Program-made: the position numbers and the translations under genes
Source: Octopus sinensis
Lineage: Eukaryota
Assembly: GCF_006345805.1 (NCBI RefSeq)
Contig: NW_021835254.1
Coordinates: 1-55,846, forward strand
Direction of reading: 5' to 3'
DNA length: 55,846 nucleotides
In this document: piece after piece, positions 11,448-24,611 of the stretch
How the letters are laid out: each line of letters opens with the position of its first letter
Numbering within the stretch: the stretch's first letter is position 1
Notes under the pieces: model-generated
Database searches by the model: none
The model's input: only the letters and a program-made list of their open reading frames with translations
What the model was told of the DNA's origin: nothing

Positions 11448-12865
11448 ATTGTATTGATATCGTACAGTACTCTACTGTGTTGTATTGATATCGTACAATA
11501 CTCTACTGTATTGTATTGATATCGTACAGTACTCTACTCTATTGTATTGATATCGTTCAGTACTCTACTGTATTGTATTGATATCGTTCAGTACTCTACT
11601 GTATTGTATTGATATCGTTCAGTACTCTACTGTATTGTATTGATATCGTACAGTACTCTACTATATTGTATTTATATCGTACAGTACTCTACTGTATTGT
11701 ATTGATATCGTTCGGTACTCTACTGTATTGTATTGATATTGTACAGTACTCTACTGTATTGTATTGATATCGTACAGTACTCTACTGTATGGTATTGATA
11801 TCGTTAAGTACTCTACTGTATGGTATTGATATCGTTCAGTACTCTACTGTATTGTATTGATATCGTACAGTACTCTACTGTATTGTATTGATATTGTACA
11901 GTACTCTACTGTATGGTATTGATATCGTACAGTACTCTACTGTATTGTATTGATATCGTTCAGTACTCTACTGTATTGTATTGATATCGTTCGGTACTCT
12001 ACTGTATTGTATTGATATTGTACAGTACTCTACTGTATTGTATTGATATCGTACAGTACTCTACTGTATGGTATTGATATCGTTAAGTACTCTACTGTAT
12101 GGTATTGATATCGTTCAGTACTCTACTGTATTGTATTGATATCGTACAGTACTCTACTGTATTGTATTGATATTGTACAGTACTCTACTGTATGGTATTG
12201 ATATCGTACAGTACTCTACTGTATTGTATTGATATCGTTCAGTACTCTACTGTATGGTATTGATATCGTACAGTACTCTACTGTGTTGTATTGATATCGT
12301 ACAGTACTCTACTGTATTGTATTGATATCGTACAGTACTCTACTGAATGGTATTGATATCGTACAGTACTCTACTGTATTGTATTGATATCGTACAGTAC
12401 TCTACTGTATTGTATTGATATCGTACAGTACTCTACTGTATTGTATTGATATTGTACAGTACTCTACTGTATGGTATTGATATCGTTCAGTACTCTACTG
12501 TATGGTATTGATATCGTACAGTACTCTACTGTGTTGTATTGATATCGTACAGTACTCTACTGAATGGTATTGATATCGTACAGTACTCTACTGTGTTGTA
12601 TTGATATCGTACAGTACTCTACTGTATTGTATTGATATCGTACAGTACTCTACTGTGTTATATTGATATCGTACATTACTCAACTGTATTGTATTGATAT
12701 CGTACAGTACTCTACTGTATTGTATTGATATCGTACAGTACTCTACTGTATGGTATTGATATCGTACAGTACTCTACTGTATTGTATTGATATCGTTCAG
12801 TACTCTACTGTATTGTATTGATATCGTACAGTACTCTACTGTATTGTATTGATATCGTACAGTAT
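11448..12865. repeat. 31-bp minisatellite, about 45 copies, consensus GTATTGTATTGATATCGTACAGTACTCTACT
   Basis: Period of 31 checked (gtattgatat at 11451 and 11482). Units are head-to-tail with no spacers. Confidence 0.97.
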
Positions 12866-13488
12866 CGCATTATATGGTACTCGACACTACACCATGGTAT
12901 TTTACGTGATTAAACGATAGTGTTCGGTATTTTACGGTAGTTTACATCACTGAAAGTTGTCTACAGTGTTTCAGGCTATTCTTCAGAACTTTGTATGGCC
13001 GAATGCGGTACTCTACGGTACTATGCCGTACTCTACGATACTATCTGGCATTGTACAGCATAGTATGATATTCTATGTCAGTCTACAGTGAACCACAGTG
13101 TTGTACTATCTCTTTCAATTAACAAAGGAGATGAAATGAGCTGTGATCAAAAGTGGTTCAGCCGTGACCATTCCAAATCCTTTCAAACATAGTTAATCAA
13201 GGACTACGTTTTTTTTAGGATTTAACTGTTTATTAGGGTGAGGATTTAGCTGTTATTTTTAACAGGTCAATATATTATGGGAATACTCTCACATAGGAGG
13301 TTTTTCAACTTTAGGTGACCCAATAACTTTATTTCGCTTTTTTCATGGTTTTGGTCGTATCTTCGTAGTAAATGGAAGTTGGAGCCAAGACTAAGAAAAA
13401 GGGTGGCTTGACCAGTGCTAAGTCTTGTGGTGATTGGTCAATGATTTGACGTCTTGTGTAGGTAGCATGGCTTTTCATGTGCGCGTGC

Positions 13489-13519
<31 letters not shown>

Positions 13520-14137
13520 CATGTGCTTGCTTATTTGTGTATGTGTTTGCGTATTTGTGTATAGTGAATACATTGCTAATAGTATAATCTTTTAAAATAA
13601 AATAAAAACAACAGACAAAAACACGTATATGTGCATACGCGTAAATCACAAACATATATATATATGCTCACAGATATATTGTGTTTGTATTTGGTTTGCA
13701 AGATTCTTTATGTGAATTCATGTGTTGAAGCATATATTATTATCTGTGGAGAGTCATTCTCTTTTATTGCCTTATTATTTATTTAACACACGACTATTGG
13801 AAAGGTTGCAAGACGCAACGAAGATTTTAGAAAAAAATAAATAAGTAAATGAGTGGAAATCGAACCGGTGTGTGTGTAAATAATAAGGTACTAAAAAAGA
13901 ATCAATCTGCAGACACAGTATAAGATATATCTATATATATATATAAATATAAATATATATTATATATAATATATATATATATATATCTATATACATATAT
14001 ATATATATATACACATACATATTAAAGGGAAAATTGTATATAATACAATTTTACTGAACCTTCAGTTTTTTATATGCTAGACTTGTGTGAAACCGATGTT
14101 AATTAAATTAATATCTAATTTCTCACTCTCATTTTAA

Positions 14138-14170
<33 letters not shown>

Positions 14171-15075
14171 ATATATATATTATGTATTCAAATAACTACG
14201 CTCACACACACACACATACATATAAACACATTTACTTAACTACAAATAGCATACATATTTAGAGACACACAAACTCGCGCTTACATACGTATTTTCACGT
14301 TTACGTCCGTCCGCACAATACACACACGCTGACAAAGGTCAGGCGGTGTCTCACGTTGTTGAAATTATTCAGATCTTTTTCCATCATCAAAAGGAATAAT
14401 GTCTCCCGCCACTCACATCCGGAACAAACGAAAAGAATGATGACAACAACGAAGACGACGACGAGGATGATAATGGCGATGACGAGGAACTGAGAGGATA
14501 AGAACGACATTGATTAAAGTAGTTTTAACAAATTGAACGAAATAATTGAGTTGCTGTAGTTAAATCTAATTATATGAAATATTTTAAATTGGTGTCTTAA
14601 TTAAAGCTTTGTCGTTTTCCATTGAAAGATGATTATTACAGATATTTGCACACACACACACACATACACACACACATATAGACATCTTTGAGTATTTATA
14701 TAGTTATAGTTCTGTAAACATCACATATAGCACGTCTTCGGTTTACGAGTGAGGATGTGTGTGTCGATGTGTGTTTACATACACACATACACACAGACAC
14801 CACACACACACACATACATATATATATAGAAATATCTATATATGTATATTAATATGTATGTATGTATGTATGTAATTATCTATAAATATAGCTACATAGA
14901 AACTGATAGATGTGTATATGTATGCCTATATATGCAAAGATAAATGTGTGTATAGAAGTATGATTGTATGTATCTATATTTATACATATAGATAATACAA
15001 TATATAAATACATATAGATATATATACGAACACATATTCACACACATATATACAAACACATATATACATATATAT

Positions 15076-15108
<33 letters not shown>

Positions 15109-15715
15109 CATACATATATATATATACATACATATATATATAAACACACACATACATATACACATATATGTATATATATACATATATACATACATATATA
15201 TATATATATGTATAGAGAGGTGTATGTATATATGTGTGCCTATATATATATGTGTATATAGACGTGTGTGTGTGTGCGTGTGCAATGTGGTTGATTGTGT
15301 GCAATGTGGTTGATTAGCAGGGTCGTTAAAGCCGCGGATAGAGTAGATTGCGACATTTGTTTCGGCTCTCCAGGCTCTGTGTTCAAATCCCACCGAAGCC
15401 AACTTTTCCATTTCATCGTTTTGGGTTAAATAATCATGGCTAATGTTATTACAGCTACCCCAACGTTGACTTCCTGTGTTGTCTTAAGGTATTGTCATAC
15501 TGATGCTTAGGGGTCTAGTCCTCAACTCTGATTTATATATACTGTCATTTGCTGTAAATGAAGTAAGTATCACAGTACCCAGTGTACAGATTTGGTCGTG
15601 AATAGGGCGCGCTATAATGCAGCTAAAACGGCTCTGCTAACAGCAACAGATACTACTCAATCTTTGAGTTGTGTGAGATGACGCTTACGCTCTTCACTTT
15701 GTTTTTATTTCATTC

Positions 15716-16123
15716 CGAGCTGGCAGAAACGTTAGCACGCCGGGCGAAATGCGTAGCCGTATTTCGTCTGCCGTTACGTTCTGAGTTCAAATTCCGCCGA
15801 GGTCGACTTTGCCTTTCATCCTTTCGGGGTCGATAAATTAAGTACCAGTTACGCACTGGGGTCGATGTAATCGACTTAATCCGTTTGTCTGTCCTTATTT
15901 GTCCCCTCTGTGTTTAGCCCTTTGTGTGTAGTAAAGAAATAGGTATTTCGTCTGCAGCTACGTTCTGAGTTCAAATTCCTCCGAGGTCGAAATTGTCTTT
16001 CATACTTTCGGGGTCGATAAATTAAATACCAGTTACGCGCTGGGGTCGATGTAATCGACTTAATCCGTTTGTCTGTCCTTGTTTGTCCCCTCTGTGTTTA
16101 GCCCCTTGTGGGTAGTAACGAAA
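15716..16123 (+). mobile_element. SINE family B with an internal tandem duplication of about 185 bp
   Basis: B-box-like gagttcaaattcc occurs at about 15783 and again at about 15967; the body repeats twice. Confidence 0.85.
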
Positions 16124-16869
16124 TATGTTTCATTCAGATTTGTTCCACTGGTTTGAGTAACTGCCATCAAAAATCTTTTAGCTTTATAAAGACGTCCATG
16201 AGTTACTGGGATGAAGGTCGCTTACACGTAACCCTTTGCCTGTCCAAAGTATTTCCATAGTTTGCCCTAAATGCCCTGGCCTTTTTTCAGACATTTTGTT
16301 AGTCTCGGCTTCAAACATTCTGAGCAATATAAAAGCTACGCTGGCGGTTCGAATAGCAAAAGGGGAATGTGTATCTTATGTGATGCATGGACTCTAGGGA
16401 AACATGTATTATGAATCACCCTGTAAAACACCGGCCAGGCAAAGGGTTAAAGCATTTCACGGTTGAACAGTTTTGACAAGAGGTGGCATTCTTTGCCTAA
16501 GAAATGGCTAATGCAGGTATTAAATTTTATTGAAACTCCTGCAAGGTTATTGGAATGTTTGCAGGCGTTCAAAACCATAAAACTGTCTATAGAATTGCCA
16601 TAAGGTTTCCACAGAATTGCCACCTAATAGTAAGAGATAGCTTTAAAAAAAAACAATCAAACAAACAAAAAAAAAAACCCAGTGAATTCCTTAAACTTGC
16701 ATGATACCACTGTAAATGTCAATTATATCAAATTTCTGTGTAAATACGATACGTGTGATAAGCATTTGGCCGAAAATGTCATGTTTCCCATTACAGCATA
16801 ATAGTGTTACTAAAGAATTTACAACACTATCCACAGGAAAGTTTGCTCTAGGATACATAAGCATGCATA

Positions 16870-17032
16870 GGCCGAGGCTGTGTGGTAAAAAGCTTGCTTG
16901 CCAGTCACATGGTTTTGGGTTCATTCCCACTGCATGGTACCATGAGCACGTGTCTTCTACTATTGCTTCGGGCTGGCTAACCATTGTCTTGTGAGTGGAT
17001 TTGGTTAACGAAAACTGTGTAGAAACCCGTTG
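16870..17032 (+). mobile_element. SINE family A, diverged 5' half
   Basis: 'ggctgtgtggtaaaaagcttgct..gggttcattcccactgcatgg..gtgtcttctactat..gtgagtggatttggt'. Confidence 0.75.
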
Positions 17033-17236
17033 TAGTACCTACCTACCTACTTACCTACCTACCTACCTACCTACCTACCTACCTATCCATCCATCTATCT
17101 TCATATCTACTTACTTACCTACCTACCTAATACATACATACATACATACTTACCTACCTGCTTCTCTTTCTCGGTCTCTCTGTGTCTCTATCTATCTATT
17201 TGTCTATCTGTCTGCTGTCTGTCCGTCTGTCCATCG

Positions 17237-17304
<68 letters not shown>

Positions 17305-17333
17305 GTCTGTCTATCTATCTATCTATCTATCTA

Positions 17334-18398
17334 TGAGTGCCGCGTTGCTCTCAAGCAACTCTGCCGTCCTGGGTCGACCTTGAGTGACTTCAACACAACC
17401 AAAGCATTCTATAGGGGTTTAGTGGAGGGGAGGTACGACGACGAGCTCGGGGCGAACCTGGACGTCGACGAGGAGTACCTGACCCGCCTGTTCAGGACGA
17501 CTTTCGGGCCAGGGCCCATGGACAACTTCCAGAGATCCCTGGCCTGGCAGTGCTACCGAGAAGCGCTACCCGTTCGGGATAAGCTCTACAGACACGGCTC
17601 GAGAAACACGGGGCCGACCTGCCCGAGATGCGGTCAGAGCGACGAAACCGTTCTGCACGCACTCGTGCAGTGTCCAACAATTTCCGACCTGTGGCTTGTG
17701 TCGAACAACTGCTGTCACGTGTGGGACGAGTCGATTTATCAGCTGAGTCTATCGTTATATTGTCACGCCTCCCTCCTTCAAACGGGAAGGAAGAGCTATT
17801 TTCATCATCCTTGTGGCTATGGCGAAAGAATGTATCTGGTGGACGCGTCTGAAAGGATTGGAGACAAACACTTTCCTCTCTGGTCAATCTCTCATCAACT
17901 TCTTCAAGTACCACTTGAAAAGGAAAGTGAGAGTAGAGAGGCAAGTTTTGTCTAGCGAATGTTTTAAAAAAGATGGGTGAATGTAGCAAGAATGGCACGT
18001 ATGAATGACGAAGCCACCTTGAGCATGATCCTATGAACCCAGAAATTGAAAAACAGAGAGTTGCTTATTTGCAAAAAAAAAGAAGAAATATAACATGTGA
18101 CTCCATTGACCGAGGTTACCGTGGTCTTTTCCGTAGTCTTTTCTTTCCACGGGTAAACCTCACCTGTCCTCCCCTTTACACTTCATATTGACATTTCTGT
18201 GATAACGATCCCTATTGATCAAATTTTTTTTCCTCTCCCCCTTTTTTTTAACCCCCCTTTTTTTGTCCTCTTTCTCTCCTTTACGATCCCTTTTGATCGA
18301 AACTCCCCCTTCCTTTTTTTTTTTTTAAACCTTCAAAAGAAAAGCTCTACCTTGTAATTTGTTATCTGTGTGCAGCCCTGTGTGGCTAATAAGAAACA
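17334..18398 (+). mobile_element. 5'-truncated L1/Tx1-like LINE: ORF2 C-terminus with zf-RVT-type zinc finger plus 3' UTR
   Basis: Peptide 'FQRSLAWQCYREALPVRDKLYRHG..TCPRCGQSDETVLHALVQCP..W' (CxxC..H..C), frameshifted downstream. GC-rich relative to flanks. The 3' UTR recurs at 26625-26918. Confidence 0.8.
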
Positions 18399-18495
<97 letters not shown>

Positions 18496-18516
18496 GTCTG
18501 TCTGTCTATCTATCTA

Positions 18517-18720
18517 CGAAGAGAAAGCGACCCAGTTTGCCGTATCTATTGGTAACTACGACAAGCCTGAGATCGCTGACCTCGTGGGTGTATTTATTTC
18601 GACCATTCTAAGGCAGCACACATATCTCTATGCTTCGGCCCTGTTTAAGGACGATGACCTTGGCACTCTGAAGCCATATGAACGACCACGCCATAGATAA
18701 TTTCAGCCAGGATCTGTGAC
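18517..18720 (+). pseudogene. Penelope-like reverse transcriptase fragment
   Basis: '[29 protein letters not shown]' parallels 'FDVPMGAQDSAEETDLVGIYL..GLCRDDAL' at 23.1 kb. Confidence 0.6.
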
Positions 18721-19113
18721 AGATCGTCAAAGAATTCGGCCATCTTTTTCTTAAAAGTCGACTTCCTGGACAAAACCATAGACTTGAAGACAAGCAAGTA
18801 TCATACTTAGAGAAAAATCAATCCTCTGCTATCTTTCAGAAGAATAGTGTATACTCGAAAGTTTATAAACAATATATAAATATTATAATATATATTTTAT
18901 AAATTGAGTATTGGGGTCTGTGGTGGTTGATTTTTATACTTAGTTGTAACTCAGGATAAATATACTAATTTCTCTTTTGGTATATATGTAGTATATAAAT
19001 ATTTAAATATCACAGAAATAATTAGAGATCTTAATGATATTTAAATTTAAATAATATTTGAGTATAAAATAGTTAATATAATCTTATCCTTATAATTACA
19101 TGTTTATAAATAA

Positions 19114-19506
19114 CTAGCAGTATCGCCCGGCGTTGCTCGGGTTTGTAAGGGAAATAACTATAAAGCATTTTTAGAGAGTTATAGCCAAAAAATAGCAAAA
19201 AATGCATTAAAAATGGAAAAAAAATTATGGTAAATTTTTTTTAAATCGTTGACTCATCGTAGACATTTTTAGAGAGTTACTTCCCTTATATTTAAAAAAA
19301 TATGCATTAAAATGGAAAAAAATGATGGTAAATTATTTTAAAAATCGTAGACTCATCGTAGACCCGCGCTAATACGCAGAAAGGCTCGATATGAATCACG
19401 ACTATAAGATACCCGGTTTTGTTTAAACTGCACCGCAAAATGTGGAAGTTGTTAGGAATCTAAATCGGAGTAGACAGACACACAACCTTTCTTTTATATA
19501 TAAAGA
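19114..19506 (-). mobile_element. Non-autonomous Helitron, copy 1
   Basis: On the minus strand it starts A|TC and ends CTAG|T, with a subterminal hairpin cccgagcaacgccggg. Homologous to 33485-33791. Confidence 0.8.
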
Positions 19507-20200
19507 TTACATTGTGTGTTGTGTTAATATGTTATATTTAATTTAATTAATTATTTTAGGTATTTTTTTCTCCTTATTTCCTGAGCATCACACTTGTACC
19601 AACTCTATGTTTTTGTTACCTCATTTTGTATTTATTTTCCATCATCTTTGTATTTAGTTTCAGTCATTTGTAGTGAATTGATTTGGGATTCCCAAACGAC
19701 AATGCAACCTTCATGTAATTAAGGTATTCTCGGTTTGATGAATGGCTTAGTTGAGCACCGCTCTTTGAATAATTATTACCTCGGAGAATCAGCTAGCTAA
19801 GAGACGTATGTATCGTGGATGTTATCTTTTCTTCTCTTCTCAATTTGGATCTTCATTCGCATTCATAGCCTCTCTCGTTGATAACTGCGAGTTATACAGA
19901 GATTTCCAGCTTATCGAATTTCCTCATAACTTTGATATGGGAAGAAGTGTGTAACCCTAGACGTCAATAAATTGTTATTGTTCCTAAACGTACACGGTCT
20001 CTTTTTCTTCTATATATCTGCCACAAACTGCTTGAAGTTTACTAACTTCCTGCATTTGGGTCTCTGAATCCAAATGTATATGATATAATATATGATATAA
20101 TATACGATATAATATAATACAATAATATAATACAATAATATAATATAATATAATATAATATAATATAATATAATATAATACAATGAGTGTATTATTGTGT

Positions 20201-20235
<35 letters not shown>

Positions 20236-20731
20236 AGGTATGTATGAGTGCACACTTATGTATAGCTGCTAAATAGATAGCAGAAAGACATGAACGCGTG
20301 TTTACATTGTTAGGTCAATGTATTAATGGTCGCATTATCAACGTGCACAGATGCTGAATCCTGAGTTCAAAGATAACTGAAAAAATTTAATTCTATGCTG
20401 TGTGTGTGTGTGTGTGTGTGTGTGTGAGAATACGCACACGCGCGCATATATATATTGGTATGTGTATACATGCATATACACACTTATATGTCGATATATA
20501 TATATATATATATATACATGCATATAAGGGTACAGGACGTCACCAACGGTGCAAATAACATGAAATACATAAACAAATGAGAAAAAATGGAAAACAGAGA
20601 AACAGGGAAAGACCCTTCATCAGCTGTCGGCTGTCTATCTACTTCTCATTTCGAGTATTCAACGAGAATACGAGTTTTCAAAACAGTTGGACTCATATAT
20701 TTTAAAACAAGATTTAGGAATTATATATATA

Positions 20732-20823
<92 letters not shown>

Positions 20824-21429
20824 CAGATATACACGTTCATATTAAAAAATACATTTTAGTGGCAATATATGGTAAATAAACACGCAATAATAATAGATAT
20901 GCACACACAAATAACATATAAGATCCAAATCTAGATATGCACACATGGTTGTAGGCATGTAGGACACCAAGAACATATATAATATGTTTGCATATATCAG
21001 CAGTAAAATATATTTAATTATGAAGTAGGGCGACAAGTAACATAAAACAGTATTAGTTAAAAAGGGTATGTTGAGGGGGTTTAAATGGACACATTATCCA
21101 AATAAAATAAAATACAAAAATTATAGGTATATTATATATTAAGGAAAGATATAATTTAAAAATACTCAGACATATTGAGAGGAAAGGAGGTGTAAAGAGC
21201 GGTAGATAATGTGTTAGACCAATAGATGGTGGGTCATGTAATTGTTAGAAGGAAAAATTAGATAAATAAAAAATATATCAAGATAGTATGAGATATAGTA
21301 ATGTAAAGTGTATGTGATGAGTAATCGCATTCCATAGAAAAAGATAATATATACAAATATTTAAAAAGACACCAAAGACTAATCTAAGCAAGGGGGAGTG
21401 AAGAATTATTTAAGATTGATAAATAGAAA

Positions 21430-23265
21430 TTTGGTCATGTGTTTACAGGAGAAACTATTTCATCCCTAGTATTAACCAGATTTCCATTCATTTTCATTAT
21501 GCTATAGCTCACTTCGAAACACAACCTACGAATTTTATTATTATGTCTGTAAGAGGGAGCAGATAATAGGATTTTCCAAGAAATTGAGAAATCAATATTT
21601 CTTCTTTTCAGGTGCCAAATTTTTTTAGATAAACCTGTGCTATTCTCTTTTCTAGGGCCCCTTAAAGAAGATGTATGGTTATAAATTCTCGATTTAAGAG
21701 AATTTTTCGTGCAACCCCCGTGTATGTACTTAGAGGAGACCTGAGTTACAATAGTTGCTTGGTATACAACTTTTTTCATTTTGGAATTTCTTTCTACTCC
21801 ACAGGCGTTTGAGTCTCTACAATTACAATTTAAATTATTGGGTGGTACCAAGGTGTTATGTCTATGTTTATTAGGGATAATGAAGTTCTGGTTATTATCA
21901 TTATAGTAGTAGTTAATCATAGGATTATTTGGGGTACTAGGTACAGTTAACGTATTTTTTTTTTAATTATAGAATAAATCCAATTTCTTATGGCTAAACG
22001 TAGAGATTATCCTAAAGAGATTTGCAAAGACTGAAAATCCAAAATTTTTTTTATTATTAAATATTTTTCATTATTTAGAGTTTTTAAAGTTTTTATTAAT
22101 TATCATTCTAATGGATCTGATAAAGTTAGATTTTAGATGTTTGGCAAAAGGGATTATAATCCAAGTTGTGTTATTGTTGTTTTCTATACTGGAATTGTGT
22201 TTGAGGGGGCGGTCAGCTATTCTCACACAAGGTATTGGTTTCTTTTTTGTTATTCTATTCTCAGCTATATCAATTTGAGTTCTATGGTTATGTGTATTAT
22301 TGAAGGAATTAGGTGAGTTTAGATTATTTTCATTTTTTCTGTTTTTTGGTTTAATGTTCCTATTTTTATCTACAATTAAACAGTTTTGGTGTTTGTTGTC
22401 AGTATTCTTGGGTTTATCAATATCAATACTAGTGTGGTTAGTAAGGTGGGAATTGAATTGCTAAAATTTATATTTTTTTCCTTTAGTAAAGTTATGGATA
22501 TGGTGTTCGTATTGATTAAGTATATTAGTATGTTTAATCTAGTTGTGATTTTAGTGTTTTTTGCTAAAGTTATATTTATGACAATTATTGAGAGTTTTTT
22601 TTATATTGATGACTATTATTGAGAGATTTTGTATGCTTAATGGGGTGTACTAATTCATCAGGTGACTTAGGTTCACTAACATTATCTACATTATTCATTT
22701 CAAGATAAGGTTTGGTATTATTAGTATTGAGGATGTCGTTTTTATTGTACTTAATTTCATATTTATATCCTGCCTTCTCAAGTGCTAGGTTATAGTAGTC
22801 TTTATGTTTGTTAAATATTTCTTCATTAGATGAAGATTAATTCTTCTCTCTATGTTAGTGGTCAGGTTTTCTATGTTATATGAATGGTTACTTTGTGCGT
22901 TTATATATGTGGTGGTATTGTTAGGTTTATGGTAAGGCTGAACGGAGGAAGTATTGAGATTGAAGTTAGTATCTAGGAAATTCACAGAGTCGTTATTTTT
23001 TCAATGGTGATAGTCCTTGGTTTTTTTAAAAAAAATTGTGTAGTCTCTTTTTGTACAGTTCAGGTTTTTTGTTGGATGTGTTTCTAAGAATAGAGCGTCG
23101 TCCCGGCAAAGTCCACCCTCTAATTCAAAGAATTCTTCTTTAAGTTGGTGTAGTAGGTAAATCCCGACTAAATCGGTTTCCTCTGCGGAATCTTGTGCAC
23201 CCATGGGTACATCGAAACAGTCTGGTGTGTCTTTCCTGGTCCAATATTTACCTTCATGAAATATG
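21430..23265 (-). mobile_element. Degenerate Penelope-like element: RT C-terminal half plus GIY-YIG endonuclease
   Basis: RT pieces 'PMGAQDSAEETDLVGIYLL..GLCRDDAL' and 'NFLDTNFNL..PYHKPN..YINAQSNH', then 'NCNCR..VVYQATI..YIHGGCT..KSRIYNH..STGLSKKIWHLK..WKIL..LC'. Confidence 0.85.
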
Positions 23266-23329
23266 AAGTTGTTGAGGTTTATGGGATTTTTTCCATAAAT
23301 TCACAACACATCATGTAGATGTATAACCC

Positions 23330-23540
23330 GTCTTGTTCATTTAAGTTTAGAAGACAATGTAATTCTACGAATCTTTGTAAATGCATTTGGGATTTGAAAG
23401 ATAAACATTAACTATGATATGAAGTGATTCATTATTAGTTACAGTCCATCGTACAATACTGGTAATTTTAAATGTGATCTTTGCTTAGAGACAATGTATT
23501 ATATAATTACTTCAAGGTTAGTGTTATTTAATTATAGAAG
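23330..23540 (+). pseudogene. Second, oppositely oriented Penelope-like endonuclease C-terminal remnant
   Basis: Reads '..WDLKDKH..SYSPSYNTGNFKCDLCLETMYY', similar to the end of the GIY-YIG domain. Confidence 0.5.
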
Positions 23541-24208
23541 CAATCTTACATAAAATGTTCCCATAAATAAAGAAAAACGTGTAGATATTTCAATAGTAAA
23601 TAACACCCTAATTATAATTAATTTTCTTATAATCTAATAAGTATAATTTTCTAAGTCTTTTAGTTTACATTGATAGCTAGATTACTAAATGTCGTGACGT
23701 AGGATTTCTATTTTTCATATTCTTTCGTTATCTGTTGACGTCATCATAAGTTTAAATACTAAACTGGCTTTTATTAGAATATTATATTTTTTCTTAACGT
23801 TATTTTTGCATACGTTCCTATATTAGAGATATTATCTCAGTTCACTTTGAATTTAACTCGATTTGGATTACCTTGATAACGTTTTGCTAGCATGAATTTT
23901 CCGATATATTGATTTGTACCTTCTTCTATATCTAAATATGCGGACACAGTAGAAACGATCATCGGTTATGTATGGTGTAATTGATGTGATTTTTTTCCAT
24001 TCTTGTTGATGTTGCCAATTAATCCGGAATTTTTGAAATTCTTTTAAGCGTTACTTGGATCTACTCGTCATACATGAAGGATTACCATGGATGCTAATTC
24101 TATTTGCATTTATTGGAATTGGCTTGTTTGATATAGTGAACTAAGTTTGCTTAAAACTGAGTGCTTTCTAGATATCTGCCTGAATTTATTAATCCCTTTT
24201 ACATTTTG

Positions 24209-24244
<36 letters not shown>

Positions 24245-24247
<3 letters not shown>

Positions 24248-24547
24248 GAGGCGCAATGGTTAGGGCAGCGGACTCGTGGTCGTAGGATCGCGGTTTCGAT
24301 TCCCAGACCGGGCGTTGTGAGTGATTATTGAGCGAAAACACCCAAAGCTCCACGAGGCTCCGGCAGGGGGTGGTGGAAATCTCTGCAGTACTCTTTCGCC
24401 ACAACTTTCTCTCACTCTTTTTTTTGTTGGCCTGCTCGCTTAGCCAGCGGGGTGGCGTCATTTGAAGGCTAAAACAATGCGAAGCGCATTGTGACCAGCG
24501 ATGTGTAGCAACATCTGATAGCCTGGTGGGTCACTGTGATCACGGTG

Positions 24548-24548
<1 letters not shown>
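24245..24548 (+). mobile_element. tRNA-derived SINE, family C, flanked by (TA)n on both sides
   Basis: tRNA-like head ggaggcgcaatggttagggcagcggactcg..ggtttcgattccc. The tail recurs at 45296-45388 and the middle at about 25720-25810. Confidence 0.8.
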
Positions 24549-24582
<34 letters not shown>

Positions 24583-24611
24583 TACTTTATTTTAAGCAGC
24601 AGAAAATTCAA

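Noticed and set aside
11448-12865. CRISPR array
   Set aside because: The repeat length is CRISPR-like, but units are contiguous with no unique spacers, there are no cas genes, and the context is eukaryotic.
20605-20630. Hammerhead (CTGATGAaggg on the minus strand)
   Set aside because: No downstream stem II closure or GAAA box.
24245-24310. tRNA gene (also 52720-52792, 34394-34460)
   Set aside because: A and B boxes are present, but I could not build a complete cloverleaf, and each continues into a repeated SINE body.
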